Assembly: GCA_964623785.1 (NCBI GenBank) | Contig: CAZUVK010000013.1 | Coordinates: 1 to 34,045, forward strand | From: an uncultured Gemmatimonas sp. | GTDB lineage: Bacteria; Gemmatimonadota; Gemmatimonadetes; Longimicrobiales; Longimicrobiaceae | DNA: 34,045 bases | Direction of reading: 5' to 3' | Part shown: piece by piece, positions 8,070 through 17,072 of the stretch | How the letters are laid out: the number at the start of each line of letters is the position of its first letter | How positions within the stretch are numbered: the first letter of the stretch is position 1 | Made by a program: the position numbers and the translations under genes | The notes under the pieces: generated by a model | Told to the model about the DNA's origin: nothing | The model's database searches: none | What the model saw: the letters and a program-made list of their open reading frames with translations, nothing else

Positions 8070-8965
8070 CAGAAGACCCCCGGATGATGGGCGTCTTCAG
8101 GGGTCACGCGAGCGCGTATCGCTCGCACCGTTTCCACGAACTCCGCCGAGGGCATCTCGAAGAAGCGCTCGGCGAACCGGCAGTCGCCGGCTCCGAAGTG
8201 AAGGGAGTGGAACATGTTCAGCCCGGTGATCCCGTGGACATAATCCTTCCCCGAGAGTTGCGACGGATACATGGAGAGGAGACGGCTCTTCTCATCCTGC
8301 ACCGTGTCAATATTGACGATCACGTTGGGGACGGTCAGGCCCCAGACTTCGTATCCATATACCCTCGGCTGAAGCGTGGTTCGAGCAAGGGCTTCCGCCA
8401 GGACGAAATTGGTCAATTGGTGGTCGTAGTTGTAGTCGAGAAAGAACGGTGTGAAAACCGCGTCAGCGCGGATTCGTTCCATTTCCTCGGTCAGCCGCGT
8501 GATGAGCCGCTCCTCGTCCTCGCCGCGGAGCTGGGCGCTCCGCAGGAAGACCGGTTCCGGGATCCCCATCGCGGCGGCGACGGCGCAGGCCTCGGCTTCC
8601 CGAATCGCGATCTGTTCCTCGCGAGTCCTGCCATCCTCGGCGTGTTCGTTGCCTCCATCCTGGGTGAACACGACGTGGACATCAAGGCCAGCCTGCTTCT
8701 GCAGCAGCATCGCCCCCCCGCATCCGATGATCTCGTCGTCCTGGTGGGGTGCCACCACGAGCATGGAACGCCCGAACGGCGCCTTGATGGGGACCGGCCG
8801 GATGAAACCGGGAAGTACATTGGTGGAACAAAGGATGGCCGCGGCCCGCCGGTCAAGGCTGACGAACGAGCGCTGCAGAAAGAGCTTGTAATTCGTGCGC
8901 CCGTAGAGCAGCGGCATCATCTCCCGGTAGAGTCTCCGGGCACCGTTGCGAAGCGTCCCGATCAT
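8069..8965 (-). CDS. PIG-L / LmbE family N-acetylglucosaminyl deacetylase
   Basis: 298 aa. VVAPHQDDEIIGCGGAML matches the PIG-L metal-binding motif (AHPDDE type), followed by a His/Asp-rich core. Confidence 0.85.
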   Translation of the reverse strand: MIGTLRNGARRLYREMMPLLYGRTNYKLFLQRSFVSLDRRAAAILCSTNVLPGFIRPVPIKAPFGRSMLVVAPHQDDEIIGCGGAMLLQKQAGLDVHVVFTQDGGNEHAEDGRTREEQIAIREAEACAVAAAMGIPEPVFLRSAQLRGEDEERLITRLTEEMERIRADAVFTPFFLDYNYDHQLTNFVLAEALARTTLQPRVYGYEVWGLTVPNVIVNIDTVQDEKSRLLSMYPSQLSGKDYVHGITGLNMFHSLHFGAGDCRFAERFFEMPSAEFVETVRAIRARVTPEDAHHPGVF

Positions 8966-9026
8966 TGATGAAATCGTGTTGCGGCCACCGTTCCGGGCCT
9001 CGCGATGGATGGGTTCGCGGCGGGCA

Positions 9027-10970
9027 TCAAGCGTTCCACTCCCGCCGCCACGCGATCAACTGGAGTATTGTCCACAGGCCGTCAGCGAGATGATGCTCAC
9101 CCTTCCGGAATGACCCCCACGCGCCGAGCACGGCCTCCCTGTTCAGGAGATCACCCGGGTCACCGCTCAAAAGATCGGACGCCCATTCCCGGAGCGGACC
9201 GTTCAACCAGGCGGCCACCGGGACCGTGAAGCCCGTCTTCGGCCGCTCCACGAGTTCTCTCGGGACGTGACGGAAAAGTATGCGGCGGAGGACGTGCTTG
9301 CCGTGACCGTCCCGGATCTTCTGGTCTCGCGGCAAACGCCACGCATACTCGATGAGCCGATGATCGAGCAGGGGCACCCGTACCTCCAGGCCGACCGCCA
9401 TGCTTGCCCGGTCGACCTTCGCCAGCAGGTCGTCCGGGAGGTAGGTGACCTGGTCCGTCGCCATCATCCGTTCGATCAACGGCAGTCCGGCGAAGCGATC
9501 GAGCGCGTGGTCGACGGGAGACGCATCGGGAGCGCCGCCATGAAGGAAGTGTCGTGGCTCCTGCCAGGCTGAAAGGAGCGAGCGATACATTTCGGCCTCG
9601 GAGGCTCCCCTCAGCAGGTTGCCGATCTTGCTGACCTTCTGCCCCGCAAGCCTGTGGCGCGCGCCACCCGGAAGGAGCGGACCAACCGCCCGATAGGTAC
9701 GATCCCACCCGCTGGACGAGACGGATCCGATGCCGGCGGCGGCGAGCCGCCTCAGTGGCGCGGGCACATGACTCATCCGCGAGATCAGGCGTTCGCCATC
9801 GAGATAGCGGTGATAGCCGGCCATGACCTCGTCACCGCCATCTCCGGAAAGCGCGACCGTCACGTTGCGCCGCGCGAGTTCGCACACCATGTACGTCGGG
9901 ATCTGCGACGCATTCGCCAGCGGTTCGTCGAACATCACCGGAAGCCGGGGAACCAGCTGGAGCGCGTCCTCTCCCGTCACCGTCAGTTCGGTGTGGGTCG
10001 TCCCGAGGTGACGGGCCACCGCGGCGGCGTGAGGGGCCTCGTTGTGCGCGGCGTCGTCGAACCCGATGCAGAACGTCTTCAACGCGAAGGGCGAAACGCG
10101 CTGCGCCAGCGCGACGACGAGCGACGAGTCGATTCCTCCCGAGAGCAGCGCTCCGAGCGGGACGTCGGCCTGCAGGCGAAGACGAATCGAATCTTCGAGC
10201 AGCCGTTCGACTTCGGCGTCGATCTCGTCATCGGAACCGGCGACCGGATTGGCGATCCCGCTCGCTATCACGTCCGCGATCGACCAGAAGGGCTCCTCGC
10301 GCCCGTTTCCCGCGTCACCTTCCCGGATCTCGAGGATGGTACCGGGCAATAACTTCTTGACATCCCGGAAGATCGATCGCGGCGCGGGTACGTAGCGATA
10401 GCGGAGATACGCCGATATCGCTTCCTCGTCGATGGCCCGGTCGAACCCCGGCACCGCCATGAGGGCCTTCAGCTCGGATCCGAAGAGGAACGTTCCGCCT
10501 TTTCGCCCAAAGTAGAGCGGTTTGATTCCGAGACGGTCCCGGACCAGCGAAAGCTTCCGTTCCTCGACATCCCACAGCGCCATCACGAACATTCCGACGA
10601 ACCTGCCGACCGCGGCTCGAACGCCCCAATGTTCGAAGGCGGCGAGGATCGTCTCCGTGTCGGAGTGTCCGCGGAACCGGAAGCCGGCTTCCTCGAGCTC
10701 GCGGCGAAGCGCGAGATGGTTGTATACCTCGCCGTTGAAGACGAGCATGAACCGCCCCGACGCGGAGCGCATCGGCTGATGCCCGTGGGCAGACAGGTCG
10801 ACGATCGCCAGCCGGCGAAACCCAAGCGCGATCCCGGTCGCGGGATCGCTCCACCGACCGGCGTCGTCGGGACCCCGGTGGACCAGGGTTTCCGTCATCC
10901 GCGCCACCGTCTGATCGAGATCCAGCCCGGACGCTCCGCCCATCAGCAGCAAGCCCGCGAAACCGCACAT
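9027..10970 (-). CDS. asnB: Asparagine synthase (glutamine-hydrolysing) family amidotransferase
   Basis: 647 aa starting MCGFAGLL (Cys2 Ntn nucleophile). SGGIDSS PP-loop motif (LLSGGIDSSLVVALA). The length and layout are typical of AsnB-type enzymes found in EPS loci. Confidence 0.9.
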   Translation of the reverse strand: MCGFAGLLLMGGASGLDLDQTVARMTETLVHRGPDDAGRWSDPATGIALGFRRLAIVDLSAHGHQPMRSASGRFMLVFNGEVYNHLALRRELEEAGFRFRGHSDTETILAAFEHWGVRAAVGRFVGMFVMALWDVEERKLSLVRDRLGIKPLYFGRKGGTFLFGSELKALMAVPGFDRAIDEEAISAYLRYRYVPAPRSIFRDVKKLLPGTILEIREGDAGNGREEPFWSIADVIASGIANPVAGSDDEIDAEVERLLEDSIRLRLQADVPLGALLSGGIDSSLVVALAQRVSPFALKTFCIGFDDAAHNEAPHAAAVARHLGTTHTELTVTGEDALQLVPRLPVMFDEPLANASQIPTYMVCELARRNVTVALSGDGGDEVMAGYHRYLDGERLISRMSHVPAPLRRLAAAGIGSVSSSGWDRTYRAVGPLLPGGARHRLAGQKVSKIGNLLRGASEAEMYRSLLSAWQEPRHFLHGGAPDASPVDHALDRFAGLPLIERMMATDQVTYLPDDLLAKVDRASMAVGLEVRVPLLDHRLIEYAWRLPRDQKIRDGHGKHVLRRILFRHVPRELVERPKTGFTVPVAAWLNGPLREWASDLLSGDPGDLLNREAVLGAWGSFRKGEHHLADGLWTILQLIAWRREWNA

Positions 10971-11053
10971 CTATGGATGCCTTCGTTCGTCGGTCATTCC
11001 TCGATGAACCCTCCCGGCGCGGATCAACGCGATCCGCGGGGCGATCGTGGAGT

Positions 11054-11355
11054 CAAGCCCGGTACAATGTATCCCCGCCGCGACACCGCGGGGTACGTCT
11101 TCGGAATGGGGTGGCGCGACCACTCGCAACCTCCGCGACCATGTCGAGTATCGGCGGAATGCCGCCAAGACTATGGTGATCATGGTGGTCCGATTGGCTG
11201 AGATCCGCGCCAAAATCTGTCGGGGGATCGAGACTCCGGATTGTGACGGTGACAGACTTGATGGGAAGCGGTTCCCGTTCGCATCGAAGCCGGCTTACGG
11301 AGCCGGCCGATTTGGCCGCCCCCAAGCCGCCCCGGTGCGTGCACTTCGCGGACCA
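11054..11355 (-). ncRNA. Unclassified block-conserved structured leader element, copy 1 (83 nt upstream of the asnB ATG)
   Basis: Shares six highly conserved blocks with 15193-15509, in the same order. The blocks are separated by unrelated spacers of equal or similar length that form copy-specific hairpins. Block 2 (11138-11177) folds on the minus strand as ACCAU-A-GUC-UUGGCGG-CAUU-CCGCCGA-UACUC-GAC-AUGGU. Strand assignment comes from G-U-compatible substitutions (see findings). Confidence 0.55.
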
Positions 11356-11360
11356 CCGGT

Positions 11361-11798
11361 TCACTCGGCGAGGAGTTCCACGAGCCCGGCGTAAGGGCTA
11401 TACATAAAACATACGAGGCGGCCGTCAAATGCGACCGCGGGTACTATCCGGCCCACGGGGAAGAGGCCGGATTCACGCAGGGTCGCCTGCGTGGCGACAA
11501 TATCCGTTACCTCGTAACATGTATGATAGGGGGATGTGCGTACTTTATTGAGAATGCCAGCAACTGGCGAGGATTGACCTACGGGGGCAACGAGTTCGAT
11601 TAGCGGATCGCCGACTCGCTGGAGGAAGCATAGCCGAACGTTCTGTATACGGTCCTCGTAAACATCCTGACCCACTCGGGAGTACCCCAGCGCTTCGTAC
11701 AACGCGGTACTCCTGGAAAGGTCGTGAGTTGCGACTCCAATATGGTGAAATCTCATTGGTTCCATTGTGGGTCGGCGTTCAGATGCAATATTCCGCAT
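11361..11798 (-). CDS. VOC (glyoxalase / methylmalonyl-CoA-epimerase-like) family protein
   Basis: 145-aa ORF. MRFHHIGVATHDL...LIELVAP...HTCYEV is the VOC beta-alpha-beta-beta-beta signature. The true start may be the internal ATG at 11765 or 11756. Confidence 0.7.
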   Translation of the reverse strand: MRNIASERRPTMEPMRFHHIGVATHDLSRSTALYEALGYSRVGQDVYEDRIQNVRLCFLQRVGDPLIELVAPVGQSSPVAGILNKVRTSPYHTCYEVTDIVATQATLRESGLFPVGRIVPAVAFDGRLVCFMYSPYAGLVELLAE

Positions 11799-11893
11799 AT
11801 CTCATCGTTGAACCGAATCAGGTGGTGACAGCTGTATCATTTGCGGTGTGTGGTTGTTCAGCAGCAGTCCGCTGAAGCTTGGGGAGCTTCCGA

Positions 11894-12991
11894 CTATTGA
11901 TCCCAAGGCTCCATTGCGAATCTTTGCCAGCGTTCCCCGTCCAGGCCGGTGAGGGCCGCATCTCCCAGGCAGACGACATTGAGAAGCTCCCGATCCCGCG
12001 AATGGACTAATGCATAGGTCTCAGGGTGTCGAAAGAAGCAGAAGTTGCGGGTCAGCGTAGTCAGCTGGTCCGGGCGGGTCGTCCCCTTCACCATCGCGCA
12101 TCCAAGCTGTTTGGCATCGGAAAGGAGTATGTGGAAGATGGGCTCGAAATCCTCCGTCCGTCTGCGACCAAGCTGCAACAGGTACGCTGCCCCCCCTGGC
12201 TGGACGAAGTATATAAGCCAACCACATGTCACACCGTCCGAGTCGGTCACCACGAGCATCCGAAGCGTTCGGTCGCTGACACGTGAGACCTGAGAAATCA
12301 ACCACGCGAAAGAAGCGCGGTCATAGTCAGGCTTCAAAGGTTCCCGCCATCCGATATCCTCGATGCAATTCATAACTTCTTCCGCGGAGGCGGGGCGCGC
12401 ACTGTAGGTTGTGCCTGGCGGCCGAAGAGGCCCAGCTCGTGTGACTATCCGGTCCGCCACTCCCGTGGCGACCCCCGCAGCAGCAAGTAGGGGCTTGTTG
12501 GCCCACCCAGAGCGGCCAAGTACGTCGCGGGCCATCGCGAACGGTTGAAGAATCCGCGTCCAGTGAAGCGCGTAAAATGGGGCTGGAGTGCTGCCGAAGG
12601 GCCGGTGCAGAAGGTACACGGGATCCGATGAACCATCCGCCCATGTCATGTCTTGCGGGCCCCGAAAGCAAGTACCGAGAAGTTTAATCGCGGCCAGGCC
12701 GTTTCTGTGCTTGGGGTCCACCATAAACTGCGTGAGCGTCGCTACCTGAATCTGCTTGTCGCGAAACAACATCGGTCGCGGAACAATCCCAAGCGCCGCC
12801 ACGACTTTTCCTCCCTCCATTGCAACGAGGGAGGGAAGGTCCTGCCGGGCCCATGGATTCTGGAGCAACGTCTCGCAAAAGTACGCCGCAAGGGCGGAAC
12901 CAGGTATATCCGGGCGCCCCCGCATTGCGCGAAAATGGAGGAGGGCGCAATCGGGAGCGTGTTCCTCGCGGAAAGGTTGAATCTCAATCAT
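11894..12991 (-). CDS. GNAT-fold acyltransferase-like protein (about 365 aa, extended C-terminal domain)
   Basis: The listed ORF starts at a TTG (13009); the first ATG at 12991 gives MIEIQPFREEHAPDCALLHFRAM...VVAALGIVPR...QFMVDPKHRNGLAAIKLL (GNAT-like acyl-CoA pocket region). Lies directly downstream of the ACP and FkbH genes. GC is lower than the flanks. Confidence 0.6.
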   Translation of the reverse strand: MIEIQPFREEHAPDCALLHFRAMRGRPDIPGSALAAYFCETLLQNPWARQDLPSLVAMEGGKVVAALGIVPRPMLFRDKQIQVATLTQFMVDPKHRNGLAAIKLLGTCFRGPQDMTWADGSSDPVYLLHRPFGSTPAPFYALHWTRILQPFAMARDVLGRSGWANKPLLAAAGVATGVADRIVTRAGPLRPPGTTYSARPASAEEVMNCIEDIGWREPLKPDYDRASFAWLISQVSRVSDRTLRMLVVTDSDGVTCGWLIYFVQPGGAAYLLQLGRRRTEDFEPIFHILLSDAKQLGCAMVKGTTRPDQLTTLTRNFCFFRHPETYALVHSRDRELLNVVCLGDAALTGLDGERWQRFAMEPWDQ

Positions 12992-13088
12992 CAACGGTTC
13001 ACGGCGCAACCGCCCTCTCGAAACGGAGCGGTTGCATACTCAATGGGCGAATGCAGTGTGAGGCCGTCCGGTAGTTTCGGGCCGGCTA

Positions 13089-13328
13089 CTACGTACTCGC
13101 ATCGCGTTCGAAGCGCGCCAGTACCAGCGGGAACGAGGTCAAGGATTCGAGGTCTTCGAGTTCCAAGGACAGGCCAAACTCCTCAGCCAAAGCGGCTAAC
13201 AGCGTGACGTGAGCAAGCGAATCCCAAGCGGAAAGGGATTCCGTGTCCGCGCCGCGAATCCCATCTTCATCAAGACCGGGGAAGACATTGGCAAAACATG
13301 CCACTACGCGTTTCTCAGTATCACTCAT
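13089..13328 (-). CDS. Acyl/peptidyl carrier protein
   Basis: 79 aa from the ATG at 13328, 4 nt after the FkbH stop: MSDTEKRVVACFANVFPGL...SLSAWDSLAHVTLLAALAEEFG, with a DSL phosphopantetheine-attachment motif. The 121-aa listed ORF extension overlaps the fkbH 3' end. Confidence 0.8.
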   Translation of the reverse strand: MSDTEKRVVACFANVFPGLDEDGIRGADTESLSAWDSLAHVTLLAALAEEFGLSLELEDLESLTSFPLVLARFERDAST

Positions 13329-13332
13329 AACA

Positions 13333-15084
13333 TTAGACCATCCCTTCGTTGTCCAGGTCGATGATAGTGTGAGGCAATACAAACTCACCGGCGGCGAACT
13401 CTTCCCGGCTGATGCCGACAGTGCCCGGGGCGTCGACCGCGATGCCAATAGCATGAAAAAACTCCCTTAGCGGGCCATTGCGTTCGGTTGCCTCGTAATC
13501 GAAGGTAACCGCCGTGGCCCCTGTCTGGCGGAAGAGCCCATCAAGCGCATGATACTCGAGGCGGCGCGAGAAAGCCCGGCAACTCATCACCCAGTGAGTC
13601 ACATGAACAGTATCGCCGTGTCTAGAGCCCTTCAAGACGGCGATCCTGCCGAGCGGACCAAACCTGTCGGCGTAGGAAAGCACCAGAATGACGCCAGCCG
13701 AGTCTTCAAGGTCCCTTCGCCATGCCCCTTCACTAATACGCCGACCATTCAGATTGAATTGATTGGTCTTGTTCACCAGTTCGAATGCACGATTGTCGTG
13801 CAGCGGCACCTGCCACGCCAGCGTGACAGACCCTTGCAGCTCGCGAAGGAACTGTGGAGACCCGGCGGGCACATTCGCCACCAACTCCCCGATCTCCGTG
13901 CTGGAGCGAATACTTGCCTGGCGGAGTTTGTCTTCATCCGAGAACGCGGGTCGACCAAAGAGGGTGCGAAGCGTTTGCAGGAGAGTCCAGACTTTTCGCG
14001 GGTCTTTGCCGTCGAAGTGCAACCCGGTGATACCGGGGTGATTGCTGCGTACCTCTTCGATCTCCATGGGGCTGTCGTCGATGAACACCACGGAATCCGC
14101 GCTGATGTTCCAGGTCTCGAGAATTCGTGCCACGCTGGCCGACTTTGGCCCCCATCCGACTTCGACCGGGAAGAACGTGTCGGGAGCGACAAATAGGTCT
14201 TCGCGCGCCAAGGCGGTCCGAACGGTATGCGGATCGTTCTTGGAAGAGATTCCCACGAGGACACCACTAGAAGCCAGGTAGCCCAACATCTGTTGATAGA
14301 GTCCGTGAGTCTGCGTGTGGGCTTCCTGGCTCCAGGTGACCGCATCAGGCCCAACCTCGCCCACAATCCCGCGCCAAAGAGTGTCGTCAAGGTCGGTTAT
14401 CAGGCCCTTCCTGGGCGACGACGGCCAGAGGACCGCAGCGATCGAACTCGCGAGTGAATCGGCGAACGGAAGGGTGTAGGGGAAACCCGCGATCAACTCC
14501 ATCCTGGAATCCAGTGCGGCATCCGTCCTGCTCGCGTCGGGCCGGCGTGCGATTCGCACTCCCGGCAGATGGGATACGCGAAGGAGGAACGAGTCAACCG
14601 AGCAGTTCAGCTCCAGTTCGAATCGGCTCTGTTGGTCGGGGGGAGTCCCACCGATTGGGGGACACGGCAGGTTGGGCGGAGCCACGGCGACAGGCATGCG
14701 GGTGCCAAGGCTACCCAAACGATCTTCAAGCAGAGCCAAACGCTTCTGGACGGTTGCGACGATGGAGTCCTTGGCGTCCTCGGCCCAGCCGCCACTGGCG
14801 CGCAACCCCAGGAGCGGATTGAGATCGGGCCACTCAATGACGACGGCCGCGGCGATCGCGTCTGACGCTACGGCCGATTCGAGATTCCCAAATATGTCAC
14901 CGTAGACACCGGATCTCAACTCGACCTGGCCCGGCAGCCTTTCCAGAAGGTGACCGCGCAGAAGGGTAGCCAGGTGTAGCGGCTCGAAACCGCACACCAG
15001 CCAATGTGGAGTGACCGGCGTTGCTGCATTTCGGGAGTTAATAAGAGCAAGCGCTTCATTCAAAGTCATGTCGACATCCAGCAC
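13333..15084 (-). CDS. FkbH-like HAD-IIIC family protein (glyceryl-ACP-forming type)
   Basis: 583 aa. LITDLDDTLWRGIVGE is the HAD DxDxT motif as in FkbH (LDLDNTLWGG). Also has the IDD motif (VVFIDDSPMEIEEV) and an FkbH-type C-terminal domain. The listed start is GTG at 15084; the first ATG is at 15069. Confidence 0.85.
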   Translation of the reverse strand: MLDVDMTLNEALALINSRNAATPVTPHWLVCGFEPLHLATLLRGHLLERLPGQVELRSGVYGDIFGNLESAVASDAIAAAVVIEWPDLNPLLGLRASGGWAEDAKDSIVATVQKRLALLEDRLGSLGTRMPVAVAPPNLPCPPIGGTPPDQQSRFELELNCSVDSFLLRVSHLPGVRIARRPDASRTDAALDSRMELIAGFPYTLPFADSLASSIAAVLWPSSPRKGLITDLDDTLWRGIVGEVGPDAVTWSQEAHTQTHGLYQQMLGYLASSGVLVGISSKNDPHTVRTALAREDLFVAPDTFFPVEVGWGPKSASVARILETWNISADSVVFIDDSPMEIEEVRSNHPGITGLHFDGKDPRKVWTLLQTLRTLFGRPAFSDEDKLRQASIRSSTEIGELVANVPAGSPQFLRELQGSVTLAWQVPLHDNRAFELVNKTNQFNLNGRRISEGAWRRDLEDSAGVILVLSYADRFGPLGRIAVLKGSRHGDTVHVTHWVMSCRAFSRRLEYHALDGLFRQTGATAVTFDYEATERNGPLREFFHAIGIAVDAPGTVGISREEFAAGEFVLPHTIIDLDNEGMV

Positions 15085-15192
15085 GTGTGTTGAACCGAAA
15101 CAGCGGGACGCATTGCCGTCGGATCAGCGTCCGTCGAAGATCGTCTCCGGAAGCCGCGGAGCCAACTGGAACTCTTCCTTCTCGGGCTTCGT

Positions 15193-15509
15193 CAAACCCG
15201 GCACCAATGTGCCCCCGCCCGCGACACCGCCAGGTGCCCGTCCAGCACGCAGCGGCGAGCCGCGCGGCAGGGCACATACCCGCGACCATATCGAGTATCG
15301 ACGGATTGCCGCCGAGACTATGGCGATCACAGGTGTTCAGGTGGCTGAGACCCACGCTGGACGTCGTCAGGAGGTCAACCCTCCGGATTGTGACGGCGGC
15401 GGACGTGGTGGAGCACGGGCCCCGATTCGCGTTCGCGGCATGAGCGGTTGTTTGAGCCAGCGAATTCGGCCGCCCCGGTGCCGCCCGGGTGGGTGCACTT
15501 CGCAGACCA
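15193..15509 (-). ncRNA. Unclassified block-conserved structured leader element, copy 2 (about 110-125 nt upstream of the fkbH-like start)
   Basis: Paralogue of 11054-11355. Block 2 (15285-15324) folds on the minus strand as GCCAU-A-GUC-UCGGCGG-CAAU-CCGUCGA-UACUC-GAU-AUGGU. Lies in the divergent 670-bp gap between fkbH (-) and a GT gene (+). Confidence 0.55.
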
Positions 15510-15754
15510 GTGACGTCCTGTACCACGTACCTGGCGGCCGTCGAGCGGTCCATCGCCCGCCACGGGGTGGTTTCATTGCCACGGCTGTGGCGCCGCGCCA
15601 ACACTCGGTCCGGAGAAGGGCGATCGATTGAGCGGCCGGCCGACACACCCACCGCGGCGGCGCTCGGTTCGCAAGTCCGTCTTCGGTATGGACGTTGCGA
15701 CCGTCGGGGCCCGTCGTCGTGGACGAAATCCGGACTTCACTCAGCGCGAGAATA

Positions 15755-16987
15755 ATGCGAATCTGCCTTGTATGGGACGCCGAGTATCCGTGGGACGTTC
15801 GCGCGGCCAAGGTGGCGAGATCCTTGACGGAGGCCGGTCACGATGTGCACATGGTCGCGCGCAACCGCGACGCAAGGCCGTTGGAGGAGCGTCTTCCGGA
15901 GTGCACGGTCCACCGGATGGCCCCGCTCGACGGGATCGGAACAGGGTTGAGCGGGGCGAGTATGTTTCCGGCGTTCTTCAATCCGCGGTGGGCGAATCTG
16001 ATTGAGCGGGTCTCGCGGCGCATCGAAGCGGATGTGATTCTCTGCCGGGACCTTCCGCTCACGCCGACATCGGTGTACGTCGGCCGGCGGTTGGGGATTC
16101 CGGTCATTCTGGACATGGCGGAGAACTACCCGGCCATGATTCGGTCGGTCTGGGAGAATGGACGGCACCGGTGGAGCGACTGGCTCGTTCGCAATCCCGC
16201 GTTCGTGACGCGCGTCGAGAACTGGTCATGCCGGAACGTGGATCACATCATCGTCGTCGTTGAAGAGTCGCGCGACCGGCTCGCCGCGATGGGCGTGGCC
16301 GCGGACCGAATGACGATCGTGAGCAACACCCCGCCGCTGGATCATCTGTCGTCGTCAACAGCCGATACCTCCGACCTGGCCGACCAGGAACCGCTTCACG
16401 TCGCGTATCTCGGCCTGCTGGAGGCGCCGCGCGGCATCTCGACGCTAATTCAGGCTGTCGGGATCGTTCGCGACCGTGGCGTGAAGGTTCGCCTCACGTT
16501 GATCGGGGATGGCCGTGAGCGCGCCGACTTCGAGGAAGAGGCGCGCCAGGTCGACCCCTCGGGGGGCATCATCGAGTTCCTGGGGTACCTGCCGAACGAC
16601 GACGCCCTGCGGCGCCTCCGAAGTGCGCACATCGGGGTGATTCCGCACCACGCGGACGAAAGCTGGAACACCACGATTCCCAACAAGCTTTTTGACTACA
16701 TGGCCGCCGGTCTGCCCGTTGTCGGCTCGGATGCCCCGCCAGTCGAGCGAGTGATTGATGAGACCGGGTGTGGCCGGGCTTTCCGCGATCGCGATCCGGG
16801 CAGTCTCGCCGACAAGCTGATCGAACTGAGGGGTGGAGATGTGCGATGGCGCGCCGCGGAGGCCGGTCGCGAGGCGGTTCGCCGAAACTACAACTGGGGT
16901 GTCGACGCAGACCGTCTGCTTGAAGTGGTGGAGCGGGTGGGAGGAAGCGGTCAAGTGTCCGCGCCACCGGTCGGGAGTCACGCGTGA
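15755..16987 (+). CDS. Glycosyltransferase family 4
   Basis: ATG at 15755 gives MRICLVWDAEYPWDVRAAKVARSLTEAGHDVHMVARN (GT4 N-domain). The C-domain reads IPNKLFDYMAAGLPVVGSDAPPVERVIDETGCGRAF. The upstream 20 codons of the listed ORF look non-coding. Confidence 0.85.
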   Translation: MRICLVWDAEYPWDVRAAKVARSLTEAGHDVHMVARNRDARPLEERLPECTVHRMAPLDGIGTGLSGASMFPAFFNPRWANLIERVSRRIEADVILCRDLPLTPTSVYVGRRLGIPVILDMAENYPAMIRSVWENGRHRWSDWLVRNPAFVTRVENWSCRNVDHIIVVVEESRDRLAAMGVAADRMTIVSNTPPLDHLSSSTADTSDLADQEPLHVAYLGLLEAPRGISTLIQAVGIVRDRGVKVRLTLIGDGRERADFEEEARQVDPSGGIIEFLGYLPNDDALRRLRSAHIGVIPHHADESWNTTIPNKLFDYMAAGLPVVGSDAPPVERVIDETGCGRAFRDRDPGSLADKLIELRGGDVRWRAAEAGREAVRRNYNWGVDADRLLEVVERVGGSGQVSAPPVGSHA

Positions 16988-17072
16988 CCCAGACTGACCG
17001 GATTTCGCCCATCGAGTTCCCGGAAGCCGGATCCGGCATCGTGTCATATCTGGTGCCGCTTGAGGTATTCTG

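Noticed and set aside
11138-11177. Resemblance of GGCGGCAUUCCG (minus strand) to the RfaH ops / JUMPStart GGCGGTAG element of polysaccharide operons
   Set aside because: Only the GGCGG pentamer matches, and no NusG/RfaH paralogue is in the window. Kept only as a loose idea (an antitermination-type leader), not as an annotation.
11190-11255. TPP-riboswitch-like strings (GGCTGAGA ... CCGGATTGTGACGG) on the plus strand of the leader element
   Set aside because: The P2 ACCC/GGGG pairing and the GAACCTGATC junction of the THI-box are missing. The gene context has nothing to do with thiamine. The substitution pattern favours the opposite strand.
10971-11394. Small ORFs across the two leader copies that share peptides (e.g. 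RDHVEYRRNAAKTM / RDHIEYRRIAAETM; HSLGGIPPILDMVA / HSLGGNPSILDMVA)
   Set aside because: The shared peptides come from nucleotide-level block conservation. A 7-nt length difference in one spacer breaks the frame between blocks. The spacers are unrelated in sequence, which is an RNA-like pattern rather than a protein-like one.
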